From Alloascoidea hylecoeti (lineage: Eukaryota), in NCBI GenBank assembly GCA_001600815.1, contig BCKZ01000020.1:1-64000 (forward strand): DNA of 64,000 nt, given 5' to 3'. The notes under the pieces were generated by a model. The model was not told where the DNA came from and searched no databases. It was given only the letters and a program-made list of their open reading frames with translations. Below, one piece after another: positions 1-11,644 of the stretch. Position numbers and translations under genes: made by a program. The number at the start of each line of letters is the position of its first letter. Position 1 is the first letter of the stretch.

Positions 1-578
1 TCTTCAGTTGTAGTTTCGGTTTCGGTTTCTGGATGACAATCTGTCTTGGTGCATGGTGCAGTTGTAGTGGTAGTGAAGTCAGTGGTCATAGTGGTGACAT
101 CATCTTTGGTAGTGGTTTCTGTAGTACATTCTTCAGTTGTAGTTTCAGTTTCAGTTGGGTGACAATCTGTCTTGGTGCATGGGGCAGTTGTAGTGTATTC
201 AGTGGTTGGAATAGGAAAAGTAGGGAAAACTGGACTAACTGGAATTGGGAAGGTAGGAAAAACGGGACTACCTGTAGTAACTGGATTACTTGAATTAGTT
301 GGAATTGAGAATGTTGGGAAAACTGGAGTAACTGGATCATTTGTAGTAACTGGATCACTTGAAGTAACTGGAATTGGGAATGTTGGGAAAACTGGAGTAA
401 CTGGATCATCTGAAGTAGCTGGATCATCTGTAGTAACTGGATCAACAATTAAGCTAGGGAAAACTGGAGTATCTGGCTCAGTGGGTGGAGCAATATCGGA
501 GATATAGTTACCATTAGATTGAGAAAAAGCTCCAGCTACAACGGTGGCAGCAATCAAAGTGAGAGAAGAAATATGCAT
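1..578 (-). CDS. Secreted/cell-wall Thr/Pro-rich repeat protein (adhesin/flocculin-like), 5' part only; runs off the window start
   Basis: ATG at 578 gives MHISSLTLIAATVVAGAFSQ (signal-peptide-like), then repeated PVFPTFPIP / DPVT units and two TTTAPCTKTDCHP(T/E)TETTTEE units. Frame is open to position 1. It is absent from the ORF track because no stop lies in the window. Confidence 0.85.
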   Translation of the reverse strand, partial: MHISSLTLIAATVVAGAFSQSNGNYISDIAPPTEPDTPVFPSLIVDPVTTDDPATSDDPVTPVFPTFPIPVTSSDPVTTNDPVTPVFPTFSIPTNSSNPVTTGSPVFPTFPIPVSPVFPTFPIPTTEYTTTAPCTKTDCHPTETETTTEECTTETTTKDDVTTMTTDFTTTTTAPCTKTDCHPETETETTTE

Positions 579-2559
579 CTTTAGTTTTGTATTGAAAGAT
601 TTAATATTGACTGATAGACATCCAATGGAGAAATTTCAGTGTATAAATACCCAGATCTCAAATTTATTATATTGGTTATTTATTTTATATTTAGATGAGA
701 ATCATAGGAGTTACATGGGCCTAGCTACTTGAGATGGTGTTCAAAACGTGTTTTCTAATTAACAACCTTATTACCTGGAAGATCCATCAAGGATAGGAAA
801 TATTTTAGGGCTCAACTTATCAATTCATTATATTATTGGTGTCTTGATGACTTAAAGTTATTCTTTCGTATAACCTTGCTAGGCTTTAACTTCTCTTGAG
901 ATGTGTGGTGTGAAGAAAAAACACTTGTGTGCTGCCCAACCCACAAATATTTATGTGTGTATATCCCATTAATATTGTTATTCCGTATAATCATAATCTC
1001 GTTCATAGATTCTAAGAATTTTATTAAGAGAGTGTTATATGATTATATGATTTTATATACCTATTATATTTACCTTCTATTGTTATAAAATAGTAATTTC
1101 CATGGATATTCAAATTTGCGTTGGTTTTGATAATGTCAGTGAAATGAAGCTTAACCGCCAGGATTAACGTCAAAGCTCAGTTAATCTAAGTGATCGAATA
1201 AACAGAAAGAGCATAATAAAAGGATTTAACCACGAGGCTGACAAGTATCTAGTATACGTATAAGGAAAANAATATTGAAAAGAAAAGTATGCATATGTAA
1301 TTCAATAAAGAAAACTAAATACTAAACATTCGTACTACNTGTACATAATTGATGAGGTTTCCCAAATAATCAAGGGTCGTGTTTATAGTTCTGTATGGAT
1401 GTATATTACTTATACTAACTTTCTCTTTATTGGGAAGAGATTCCTCTGTTTTAGTCCTTTCATTTCACTGACTAACAAATACACCGCCAAACAATGCGAC
1501 ACGTAAAGCACACATCATTTTTAACAGTTCAAAAACAGGAAATGTTAGAGTGAGATGTTTGGTATAATTTCTGCTGGTATACACCCTATCATGAAATCTG
1601 TAGAAATACGTAAATTTATAATCATTAATTTAATTTTCGAATCTTTACAAATGTTCGAGAAATATATCCTGATTTTTGATTTTTGTTTTCTCAAGATTGG
1701 AGGAACATACACAAACCTTATAGCTCCTTAATTAAAATTACAAATATAAGAATATCCATCAATCCTGGTTAACGATGCAGATCTTATCACATCAAACCTT
1801 ATATGAGGTATAATTTATAAATACATCTTATAGCTGGCGATTCTCAGGTACATACCAATTTTTATTTTCTGAATAATAATTTTTAATACATGCATATCTG
1901 CCCAAAGGTTCGGGAACCTACTTCTGATCACACATAATTTCATTAAACCCACCTCTGTACTTAATGAAACTGAATTTTTCTTTCCGTGTGTCAGATTTCA
2001 ATTTTAAAGAAAAGAAAAAGAATTAAGGTTTATAGCCAATTATAAGTTGATATTGGAGTAGTATCCAAGACAGCTTAGGAGCTTATAATTAAAGTCAGGA
2101 CCAGCTGTACAATATTTATATAAATTCGATGTCCTGCCGAAGCTCCTAATGTTTTATAAATTTAGTAAGAGGCCCTAGGAAAGAAGCGCTCCATGAGGTC
2201 AAATCAAACTATTCTTTTAATAAAATACCTACCCGTCTTGTTAGAAAGGAGCAAGAGTGATATTTAAGGTAACTAGACTTGTTTGATTTATTGAGTCAAA
2301 AGAACCATTACTTAGTTTGATTACGAGTTATTGAGTGCAAGCGCTCACTAGTGATCTTCATCATTTCCCTTCGTTATGAGAATGCAGGATTCTGATTAAT
2401 TCATTTTTAACGAACTATATTTACTTAAACATTAGTTGCTGGTTATGTGATTCAGATTACGTGTTTTAGTTTTGAGAATAACAAAAATTAATTGGTTAAT
2501 TAAGATTCTCCGTTGTAGTCATTTCAAAGTAATTTCAGTCTGATTTATAAGTGTGTTTT

Positions 2560-2650
2560 CACTTAATTTAGGCCATTACTCGAACAAAAGATTTGTATGG
2601 TCATGTGACTACATATTAGTCCACGTGTATCGCAAGGCCGAAATTAAGTG
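2560..2650. mobile_element. Degenerate MITE-like inverted repeat in the FHL1 promoter
   Basis: CACTTAATTTAGGCC (2560-2574) pairs with GGCCGAAATTAAGTG (2636-2650), 14/15. Same core as the TIR of the MITE at 42213-42371. Confidence 0.45.
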
Positions 2651-2690
2651 TAAATTTTAATTTGGGTAAAAATTTTGAGAATACTTCCAT

Positions 2691-2697
2691 TTACCCG
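2691..2697 (+). promoter_or_regulatory. Reb1-type site TTACCCG upstream of FHL1
   Basis: Exact TTACCCG about 40 nt before the FHL1 ATG. The same motif occurs at 11563-11569 between ULP1 and YME2. Confidence 0.4.
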
Positions 2698-2738
2698 GCT
2701 TTAGTGCTCATTCTATACCAATTTTCCAAATCACGATC

Positions 2739-4865
2739 ATGAATAATAAGCCGCAGAAGACAAAACCATATCATACTATGATGATATCGACCCCATCACA
2801 GGTATCAACACACGTCGCTACAAATGTTCACGATATAGCCGGTAAAGATAAAAAGAATGAAATTGTTAAGGTAGAAAATGAGGGGCATATTGCTGATCAG
2901 TTGATATTTAATAAGGAAGAAAATGACATTCAGGGTATACTAAGTAGCAATTCAACAAATGTCTCAATACCAAAGCATACCAATGACTTGAATCACGGAG
3001 GACTTATCTTGCCAAAAATAGTATCTAAGAATGAAGATGACCTTAATCACGGAGGACTTATTTTACCAAAATTAGAGTCTAAAGATGAAAATGAAAATGC
3101 TCTGGATACAGCAATTATTGGAGAAGATTCTTTTCTCCCTACAAACTGCAATGAACCCCCATTAATTCGAGCATATGCTCGACTGGACTTTTCTACAAAA
3201 CCTCTTTATGTTCAAACACTACAAGTAGTCTTAGGCCGGAGGGCAGAAAACGATTCTGGGATGGTTGATGTAGACTTAGGTCCTCGTAAAGGAATATCAA
3301 GACGTCATGCTAAACTTTTTTATAACTTTGGAACACAACGCTTTGAGTTATCAGTAATGGGTAGAAATGGGGCCTTTGTGAATGGTCATTTTATTCCATC
3401 GGGAGATACTGTTCATTTACATGATGGTGATAAAATACAGATAGCAGGTGAGGAATTTACTTTTGTGCTGCCTTCTGTTCCTGCTGAACTTGAGAGTGAT
3501 AGTATATCTTCAAGGGCCATGAATCCCAGCGAAGCTTTAAGTCTTAGAGGTAGTAGTACACAAGTAATTTCTCATGGTTCACCGTCTAAGAAATCAATAA
3601 CGAATAAACACACACAACCTGTTGAAACTTCTGCAAAAAAATCAGAGAAGAAACCACGACGTAAATCCGAAGCAAAAAAACCTGTTTATAAACTTGAAGA
3701 CATTCCAGTGAAATATAGAACAAAACCACAGACATCGTACTCATCTTTAATTGGTGCATGCTTAAGTCAATATGATTCTAACAAGAAAGGAATGTCATTA
3801 CCTGAAATTTACAAAGCTATTCAAGAAAAATTCCCATATTACAAGTATTGTCAAGATGGTTGGCAAAATTCCGTACGTCACAACTTATCGTTAAATAAAG
3901 CATTCAAGAAAATTTCGAAAGAGGGAAAAGGATTTTTATGGGGAATAGATGAAGAGTATAAAGCTGAAAAAGAAAAGAGTAAGAAAAAGAAAGCTACGAC
4001 CACAACTGGATCAACATCTCAATCGAAAACACAAGGAACGGGTATCATGAATTTAGATGTGACGAATGGCGTAAAGAAAGAAAGAAGTAAAACAATTGCT
4101 GAATTAGCAGGTGAGATTAAAGTACATCCACGAGCTAGAACTAATAATTACACACCAGTTTATCCTAATTACACTAATAATACAACACAGTCAACATCGA
4201 GACAATCACAATCACAACCACATTCGGCATCCCCTTCAGATAAAAACTTGTCTAATTCACCACATGTTAAATCCGCTCCAGCAGAGACCCCTATTCTAAC
4301 TGGAACAGATTTGGCTATACAAACAACTAAGGCCCTCGAAACTCTTAGGCGTTGTGCGGCCATAGTATTAAACAATACGAATTATGATGCTGTAATGAGG
4401 AAACGTATAACTGATCAAGCGTTAACATCAATATTAAAGCAAATTACAGATAGGGCAGGCAACGAAAGTATGAAATATGTAATAAAATTGTCCAACCGGG
4501 ATGAGGCTTATTTAACAAGCTTTCTTGGTTCAGCAATAAAATTTGCAATAGGGAAGATATTAGGGAAGAATAAAATTGGATCAAATTCCCCTTCAGGATC
4601 AAATTCAACTACCCCACGTGTAACACCAGGTTCACCCACCAACTCTAAAGCTAACTCTACAGTAAAAGTAACAACAATTCCCGCGGATGGGTCAACATCA
4701 AACTCTACACCTAATTCTACAACTAACTCCACGACTAACTCTACACCCAATCCTACAACCAATTCCACAAAAACCACAACTGATACCGTAAAGTTAGGGG
4801 ATAAAAGAACAAATGACGGCTCAGTTCAATCGGAACCAGATAATAAGCAAAGTCGCATAATATAG
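2739..4865 (+). CDS. FHL1: Forkhead + FHA transcription factor for ribosomal protein genes
   Basis: FHA domain (IRAYARLDF...LGRR...ISRRHAKLFYNFGTQRFELSVMGRNGAFVNG) followed by a forkhead domain (KPQTSYSSLI...GWQNSVRHNLSLNKAFKK). Adjacent and convergent to PRE2, as in S. cerevisiae. Confidence 0.9.
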   Translation: MNNKPQKTKPYHTMMISTPSQVSTHVATNVHDIAGKDKKNEIVKVENEGHIADQLIFNKEENDIQGILSSNSTNVSIPKHTNDLNHGGLILPKIVSKNEDDLNHGGLILPKLESKDENENALDTAIIGEDSFLPTNCNEPPLIRAYARLDFSTKPLYVQTLQVVLGRRAENDSGMVDVDLGPRKGISRRHAKLFYNFGTQRFELSVMGRNGAFVNGHFIPSGDTVHLHDGDKIQIAGEEFTFVLPSVPAELESDSISSRAMNPSEALSLRGSSTQVISHGSPSKKSITNKHTQPVETSAKKSEKKPRRKSEAKKPVYKLEDIPVKYRTKPQTSYSSLIGACLSQYDSNKKGMSLPEIYKAIQEKFPYYKYCQDGWQNSVRHNLSLNKAFKKISKEGKGFLWGIDEEYKAEKEKSKKKKATTTTGSTSQSKTQGTGIMNLDVTNGVKKERSKTIAELAGEIKVHPRARTNNYTPVYPNYTNNTTQSTSRQSQSQPHSASPSDKNLSNSPHVKSAPAETPILTGTDLAIQTTKALETLRRCAAIVLNNTNYDAVMRKRITDQALTSILKQITDRAGNESMKYVIKLSNRDEAYLTSFLGSAIKFAIGKILGKNKIGSNSPSGSNSTTPRVTPGSPTNSKANSTVKVTTIPADGSTSNSTPNSTTNSTTNSTPNPTTNSTKTTTDTVKLGDKRTNDGSVQSEPDNKQSRII

Positions 4866-5539
4866 TCATATCATATATGGTTTACTGATAATAATAGTTT
4901 AATAATATCAGAATTTGATATACTACAAGATGAAATTTTTAGTTATAAAGAAACAAACATAATTAAATAAAACTATAAATTAATCAATCTATAAGATGGC
5001 ATGAACAACGGCCAAACCATTTATGAATGAATATTAAACAAAAATTCCCTTTATAGTTAATTAATAAACTATTTATATAGTTTCTTGACATCGTGTATTG
5101 CTAGCATTGGTTAATTATTGTTATTTATTAAATAGAAAATTTAAAGTGGTGTGTATTTCATACATAGTGTTATCCATCTTAAAGTAAAGATAAACTCCTA
5201 CCATGTGATTAATATTCATTCATAATTATATGATATTATTGTTAGCTCATATTTTATAATTGTGAATAGATTATTCTTGCAATTGTATAGGTTACCAATC
5301 AGTAATTGCAAATATTTATAATATTAAACCGAATAAGATAGACAGATTCGACAAAGATACGTACAAGCACACACAAAATATAAAGAAAGCATAGGAATGC
5401 ATAACCATGAAGTTTTTAGTTATCATATAAATCCGCAATAATTCAAATACATCTACTTATAAATTATTATAATCGTTATAATTGACATATGGTAAAATGA
5501 TGAAAATGTGTATTAATTTTCTAATTACATAACATATAA

Positions 5540-6370
5540 TCAAAACTCAGTCTTGACATTATTAAATGATTTTTCATTTTCTTTAGTTTCCCAAAACAAT
5601 TGACCAACATCATGATTACCATGATATATCCATCCTTGTTCAGTGACATGATATAAATTAATAGAACCACCAGAATAAGCATCACGATGAGTTGCAGCTA
5701 AAATACTTCTTTTTCCTAAATTTAATGCTTCTTCAACAGTTAAATCCCATTTATAAGAAGAATCCATAACACCATATGCAAACGTTTGACCAGAACCAAC
5801 AGAGAAAATATCACCTTTTAATCTTGTACCATCACCATCAACATAATAAATTGTTGGACCTTCACGTTTTGTATAACCACAAATCATTGTACCCATTGAT
5901 AATCCCATACCTTTATAAGAATAAACTAAATTTGATAATATTTTACTTGCAGCTGCAACACTAATTCTTTCCTTTTGTCTTAATTCATGTAATCTACATT
6001 GAATACCTAACCAAGTTTCCCAAAATTGACAATCTGCAGCGCCACCAGCCATAGTACCTAAAAGAAAAGGATTAATTTCAATCACTTTTTTAACAGTTTG
6101 TGAAGCAACCCAACTTCCAGCAGTAGCACGGGAATCAACAGCTACAATGATACCACCTTGAAATCGAAAGGCTAAAGTTGTTGTACCGTGAGCAATTTTG
6201 ATTTTACAATCTGGATTGGAACTATCATCAGTATGAGCTCTAAGAAAAGCCGAAGGTTGAGAAATTGGTGGCAATGCAATTGATGGAACAATAGAATCAG
6301 GTTGCTCGAATTGATCTACTGCATCACTTTCTAAAGAGCTGTGTGAATATTTTTGCACGATTGCTTCCAT
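5540..6370 (-). CDS. PRE2: 20S proteasome beta-5 subunit
   Basis: Propeptide then [49 protein letters not shown]. Confidence 0.97.
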   Translation of the reverse strand: MEAIVQKYSHSSLESDAVDQFEQPDSIVPSIALPPISQPSAFLRAHTDDSSNPDCKIKIAHGTTTLAFRFQGGIIVAVDSRATAGSWVASQTVKKVIEINPFLLGTMAGGAADCQFWETWLGIQCRLHELRQKERISVAAASKILSNLVYSYKGMGLSMGTMICGYTKREGPTIYYVDGDGTRLKGDIFSVGSGQTFAYGVMDSSYKWDLTVEEALNLGKRSILAATHRDAYSGGSINLYHVTEQGWIYHGNHDVGQLFWETKENEKSFNNVKTEF

Positions 6371-6430
6371 TTTGGTGAATTAAATTGAATTGAATTGAAG
6401 GTCCAAAGGTTACTTTCTTGTAATTACCTG

Positions 6431-6439
6431 TGTGCCACC
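6431..6439 (-). promoter_or_regulatory. Rpn4/PACE-like element upstream of PRE2
   Basis: GGTGGCACA on the minus strand, about 60 nt upstream of the PRE2 ATG (canonical PACE is GGTGGCAAA). Confidence 0.6.
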
Positions 6440-6740
6440 GAGATGTGATGTTCCGTGATACAAATTCCACATTCTGAAAATTACACCATCTTCATCATGT
6501 TGCTTAGCTTCAGCTCTTCATTTTTCATCTTATCTACCTCTAGATCTCAACCTATTTGTGGGCGAATTTATATTTAATACAGTACCGATCAATTTAACAT
6601 TCAAATAATGAAACTGTGTTATCTCTGATACAATCCTCAGAATATGATATACAGCCCTTTAAGTTTTGTAGGTTTTCTTATTTATTACTGCATACTTTAG
6701 TCCCTTTGTCAACCTATATATTCGACGGTATTTGAGAAAC

Positions 6741-7000
6741 TATTCGCACATAATTTGAGTTAATAATTCGATCATGTGACGCAATAAACTTCGATCAGTC
6801 TTCTCACTCAAGTTCGACCACCTGAATTACTGTTCAGCTTTTTTTAGTACCTTTAAATTTTTTGAAAGACTAGCTTTTACCATACTTTGTTGAGCATAAA
6901 GATGGCTTTCTATTGCAGGGTGGTCGAGCTAGAGTGAGAAAACTAGTCGAATATTATTGCATCATATGGTCGAATTATTAGTTCAAATTGTGGGCGAATA
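6741..7000. mobile_element. Foldback/MITE-like element with ~86-bp inverted arms built of ~23-bp TTCGACCA-type subrepeats
   Basis: 6741-6826 is an imperfect reverse complement of 6913-7000. Each arm has four ~23-nt units around a TTCG(A/C)CCA core. A related unit array lies at 51033-51240. Confidence 0.65.
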
Positions 7001-7732
7001 TATACCAAAGCTCTATTAACGAAAGTACTGTATTAACTATATTTCGATACCCCCTCATCGGATCGAGAACAGAAAATGCTTTCTATTTCATTCGCCAATA
7101 AAGAGGTAACATATTTCTCAACACTAATTACAATCTTACGATTGTACTTCGTTAATATACATGTTATACATGTAAGTTATATAGTACCGTAGTATATATC
7201 GTCAGTATTACTACACAGCAAAACACGCACGTAATTTTTTTGGATCTAAAGTTTTAATTAGATGAAGTTATAACTCAGTGATAAAATTATAATCTTCGGC
7301 TTGCTGCGTTGGAAATAAGATTGCTAAGTGGTATATATTATATTGTTAATTCATTCGGGATATTTTGGTCAAATAACTCTCAACTGAATGTCCAAATACC
7401 TATAGACCCATAGCAGAAAATTGTTAAATGAATAATTTATTATCTTAAGAATCATTAATCGGTAGTAGTGTTATACTTTTCGCTACTATATATATTCTTG
7501 CTACTCTTATTAATTCTATTTCGTGATATCGATTATTTGTATATTGTTCCTGTTTTGTACACACAAAAATATTGTTACACATTATGATTATACTGAATTA
7601 ATACATTATAGCTTCATTTAACTTTTAGAGACTTATGTATAATATATAACTACATATACTCTGTAGGCTGAAAAGGTGAGTCTAGCTAAATATATATCTG
7701 AATTTCAGGTCAAACTTTGACTCCCAATTCTA

Positions 7733-8640
7733 TTATGATTTTAAGATCTTTTCCAGAGCATTATGTCCAAAGTCAATAGCTTTCAAAGATTCTGTGACTC
7801 TCAGATTTCGCCCCTCTTCATTGTGAAATGTTGGAGCGTCAAATGAGTTTAAATCTTTTTTAAATTTTTTTAGCATTCCTAGCGAAACTTCATAAAACAT
7901 ATCTTTATAAACATGTACATTTTTCACAATAGTAAGATATTTGAAGAAATAATTTATAACCCAAACCATTCTCAATTAGATTTTTTAAAAAGGAGGAATC
8001 TTCGTGAACGAGTGCACGTATACTTGAAATAAACCTTTTCCATTCAATTGTTGTTGCTACCAGAGTTGGTATCTTTTACGATCTAATGGACTTAAAACAG
8101 ATTTCTCAAGGTAATAACATCCATAACCAACCTCGAGAGACTCCAGTAATAGTGAGACCCCCTCTGATAACGAATTATTAACATATATTTTTTAAAAATT
8201 ATGTTTAGAATTTTCAATAGGAAGTACTTTTAATATAGGTTTCCATCGTTGACTCTATATTATTAGATCCTACTAGTTAATTGCTCATCTTGTCTACTAG
8301 TGATAATGATTCTAATGATGTGATCAGTGATATTGTCTTCTATACTAATAAAAATATATTTGCATCCTCTACTACAACTGCCAAATTTGATAGATACCGT
8401 ATTGTACATGTCAGTTGCTCAAACTTATTTCATGAATTGTCTGAAACTTGTCTGCTGTCACGACTTGTCACTTTTTCAGTTCAATCAATAACTTGTTAAG
8501 ATTAAAGAATCCACTCTTGAAGACGAAAAACTAGATTATCTCATTTCTTTCTTAAAAATCTCCTCCTTTCCTTAAATATAAGATCTTCCCATTTATATAA
8601 TCTATGTAATCCGTAAGTTTTGTAGATTTCTCTTGGTGTC
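7733..8640 (-). pseudogene. Decayed Ty3/gypsy-like integrase fragment
   Basis: Across stops and frameshifts, in the expected order: FQTIHE..HVQYGIYQIWQL..MQIYFY (zinc-binding region), ILKVLPI, and PTFHNEEGRNLRVTESLKAI (resembles the integrase core YHPQxxGxxERxNxTLK). Confidence 0.45.
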
Positions 8641-8954
8641 AATCACAAACATCACCTTTAACAGCTTACCCTACCTTCCTTTATAACAGTATTGTAGATA
8701 TGAAAGAAGCTGATATTGCCCAGTCCGCTCACCAGCGTGTTGTCAATCTCATCCTCCTTTTGAATGAGATTAAAGAAAAACTACTTCCCGAGGCCCACGA
8801 TCTATACGATGCGATAATAAATTTCAATTAGGTGTTAGAACACGCTTCAACGGTTTATACTCATATGAAATCTCAAGAGCTGTTAAGTGTCTACTTAGGT
8901 AGTACATTCAAAAATATAAGTTAGCTAGTTTTATCTATGCAATTATGTATCAAA

Positions 8955-11279
8955 TTATGAAAGCATTTTTTTATTTGTAATCTCCCAAACCATTCTCCTC
9001 CTCAATCCTCTCATATCACTTTGAGAAAATCCGTTTAAATCCCCATCTCTTGCCAAAACTTCACTATTCTTACAAGTAAAAACACCACAATCATAACCAT
9101 TTAATTGTTGTTCACATTCCATATCAATACAATTCCAATTTTCATAACCAGGATTATAACCAGGATATTGTTTTTCAGTTTCTTTGATCATATACTCTTT
9201 TAGATTATCAAATACTTTTCTTGCTTTACCACCTAATGAATCATAAAATTCAAATTGTTTATCTTTAATATTTATTCTTGATAAACACCAATGTGTATTA
9301 CTTCTATTAACAGGTATTAAAATATAATCAATTCCTTTAACATCTAATTTCTTTCGTTTACCCCATCTTGCAACACTTTGATAACCATTATTTTCTAAAC
9401 TTGTATAAAAATGAGTTGAATATGCAAAGATTTTTGGTAATGATTTATCATTATCAAATTGTAATTGTGATCTTTCAACAATTAAACTTAAATAAAAATC
9501 AATTATATTATCATTAAGCCATTTTCCATCTTTTAATGTTAAAATATCATTTAAATAAATTTGAATTCTAAAAGAATCAATAATTGGATTTATTGAATCA
9601 TAATTATTCCAAATTTTATTAACAAAAATTAATTGCTCTTTATTTAATGGTTTTAAAATTTCTTTTTTAATTTCTAATTTTAATTCTTTAATTGCTTCTT
9701 GTAATTTTAACTTTTTTGATAATATTTCATCATATGATTTATATTTATTTGGAAATGCTAATATTAATGTATCTGATATACTTGGTGAAAATTTGGATGG
9801 TGTTGTAATTGGTGATTTTAAATTTTGATGGTGGTTTAAAATTGATGACTTAAATTTTGATGGTGTTAATTTATTTTGTAAAACATTATATGCATTATCA
9901 ATTACATCTCGATATGATTTAAATTTTTTAGTTTTTAATTCTGGAATTATTGTTGGAGGAGGTTCATATGTACCCATGAATGCATTTCGTAATCTTGTTG
10001 CAAAGACATCTTTATGTTGATCTTGAATAATATAACCATTATTGTTATTATTAGATCCATTTGATTCAGGTTTATTTTCAGCAGGAGAATCATCAATTAT
10101 ATCAAAGGTAGTACCATACTTGACATTTGGTGAGCGTATATTACGTGTTGTTGCAACTATTGATCTTTGTAATTGTAATTGTTCTCCTTTTGTATTCCGA
10201 CCAATAGGTGATCCATACACATCAGCAATCACATTGACAGTTTGTAAAGGTTCATTATTTGTTCCGTAATAAGGTTCTTGTTTAATAAAATCAGTGTTTG
10301 CTTTAAGAGGGGTAAAAGTTAGTCTTCTAGAAGGTTTATGACTTTCACCTAAAATTTGCATATCCTCACCATTACTATTAATATTACCATTTATCGGTTG
10401 TTTTAAATTCATAAATTTATTTTCAAGATTTGTGACAACATTATCAGGAGTATCAAATTCGAATTCAAAAGAACCAGGTATCAAATGAGGTTTATTTTCT
10501 TCAACCTTACTTATTTCATTAAATGAATATTGATGATTACTACGTCCAAAAGAAGGAGAATCAACATCTACCATTTCAACATCTTTATCCTCATAGAAAA
10601 GATCATAATTATTTCGTTTAGTTTGTAATGTATCAATTTTCCGTCGTTTCGTTTCTCTTTCAAATGATTCGTGTCTTTCATTATACTCCTGATATAGTCT
10701 CTTAACTCCTTTAAATATCGTCTTTGCACTAAATCCAACAATTAGAGCCAATCCATTAAGCCCTTTTGCTATGAGTTTACCTACATCACCAGTAATAGCT
10801 TCAATAAACACCATTGATTCCGATTCTGCTTCACTTGATAATTCCATATTTAATGATTGTGAATTTAATCTCCTTTCATAATTCCGAGATGGAATAGAAA
10901 CAAGAGGAGCTCTACTAGTAATCAAAATTTTATTATAGTCTAGAACTTGATAATTTTGTTGTTCCAATTCATTTGGATTATTAACACTCTTGTCATTAAC
11001 ATTTTTATCATTGTTATTTGCAGATTTATTCCTCCTGCTTAGATTATCTATTCTCTTATTCCCACGTGGTGTCTTTTGCATATGATATCGTTTATACTCT
11101 GAAGATTCCCTTCTTACTATATGATTATTTAAGATCTGGAAACCATTTGTCTGTTTGCGATGCCTTGGATCCAAGACTCGTGATGGATGAGTGGAATCGG
11201 GGGATTTCCTTTTCAAGACTGGATTAAGATCTTTAGAGTTGGTTCGTGTAGGAGAAGCCAATAAACTTGCTACATTCAT
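8955..11279 (-). CDS. ULP1: SUMO protease (peptidase C48)
   Basis: C-terminal domain TLKDGKWLNDNIIDFY...HW...YDSL...QQLNGYDCGVF with His-Asp-Cys triad; long disordered N-terminus. Confidence 0.92.
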   Translation of the reverse strand: MNVASLLASPTRTNSKDLNPVLKRKSPDSTHPSRVLDPRHRKQTNGFQILNNHIVRRESSEYKRYHMQKTPRGNKRIDNLSRRNKSANNNDKNVNDKSVNNPNELEQQNYQVLDYNKILITSRAPLVSIPSRNYERRLNSQSLNMELSSEAESESMVFIEAITGDVGKLIAKGLNGLALIVGFSAKTIFKGVKRLYQEYNERHESFERETKRRKIDTLQTKRNNYDLFYEDKDVEMVDVDSPSFGRSNHQYSFNEISKVEENKPHLIPGSFEFEFDTPDNVVTNLENKFMNLKQPINGNINSNGEDMQILGESHKPSRRLTFTPLKANTDFIKQEPYYGTNNEPLQTVNVIADVYGSPIGRNTKGEQLQLQRSIVATTRNIRSPNVKYGTTFDIIDDSPAENKPESNGSNNNNNGYIIQDQHKDVFATRLRNAFMGTYEPPPTIIPELKTKKFKSYRDVIDNAYNVLQNKLTPSKFKSSILNHHQNLKSPITTPSKFSPSISDTLILAFPNKYKSYDEILSKKLKLQEAIKELKLEIKKEILKPLNKEQLIFVNKIWNNYDSINPIIDSFRIQIYLNDILTLKDGKWLNDNIIDFYLSLIVERSQLQFDNDKSLPKIFAYSTHFYTSLENNGYQSVARWGKRKKLDVKGIDYILIPVNRSNTHWCLSRINIKDKQFEFYDSLGGKARKVFDNLKEYMIKETEKQYPGYNPGYENWNCIDMECEQQLNGYDCGVFTCKNSEVLARDGDLNGFSQSDMRGLRRRMVWEITNKKMLS

Positions 11280-11644
11280 CGTAGAAACGGAGTAATAAAA
11301 TTGAACAAAGGTACCAAATAAAGTAAAGATTGAAGTGTTTTCATTAAAAGAAGGTGTCTGGGTGTTACACGGTGTTATGGCAACGAAGAAGATTTAAGTA
11401 ATTTAAAGCGTATTTTTCGTATTTTTCTCTTCTTTTTCAGTTCCTATTAATATCCAAAGTTGATCAATATTTTCAGATTTCTTCTAATAAGTTTAGTTTT
11501 TTTGTGATGTTTAATTTGATACTAAAATGTTCTGTTTAACTTTTCGTACTTATTTTCAGTTATTACCCGGCTTTGATCTCCTTTCCTTTGTAGAAGATCT
11601 GGGAGTGAAACTTTCTTTTATCTCAATTAACTACGTTATAAGTT

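Noticed and set aside
33..507. Track ORFs 33-293, 86-448 and 172-507
   Set aside because: Antisense or off-frame shadows of the repeat-rich secreted gene starting at 578.
2070..2150. Short inverted words TTAGGAGCTT/AAGCTCCTAA and CAGGAC/GTCCTG
   Set aside because: Too short and discontinuous to distinguish from chance or a very old MITE.
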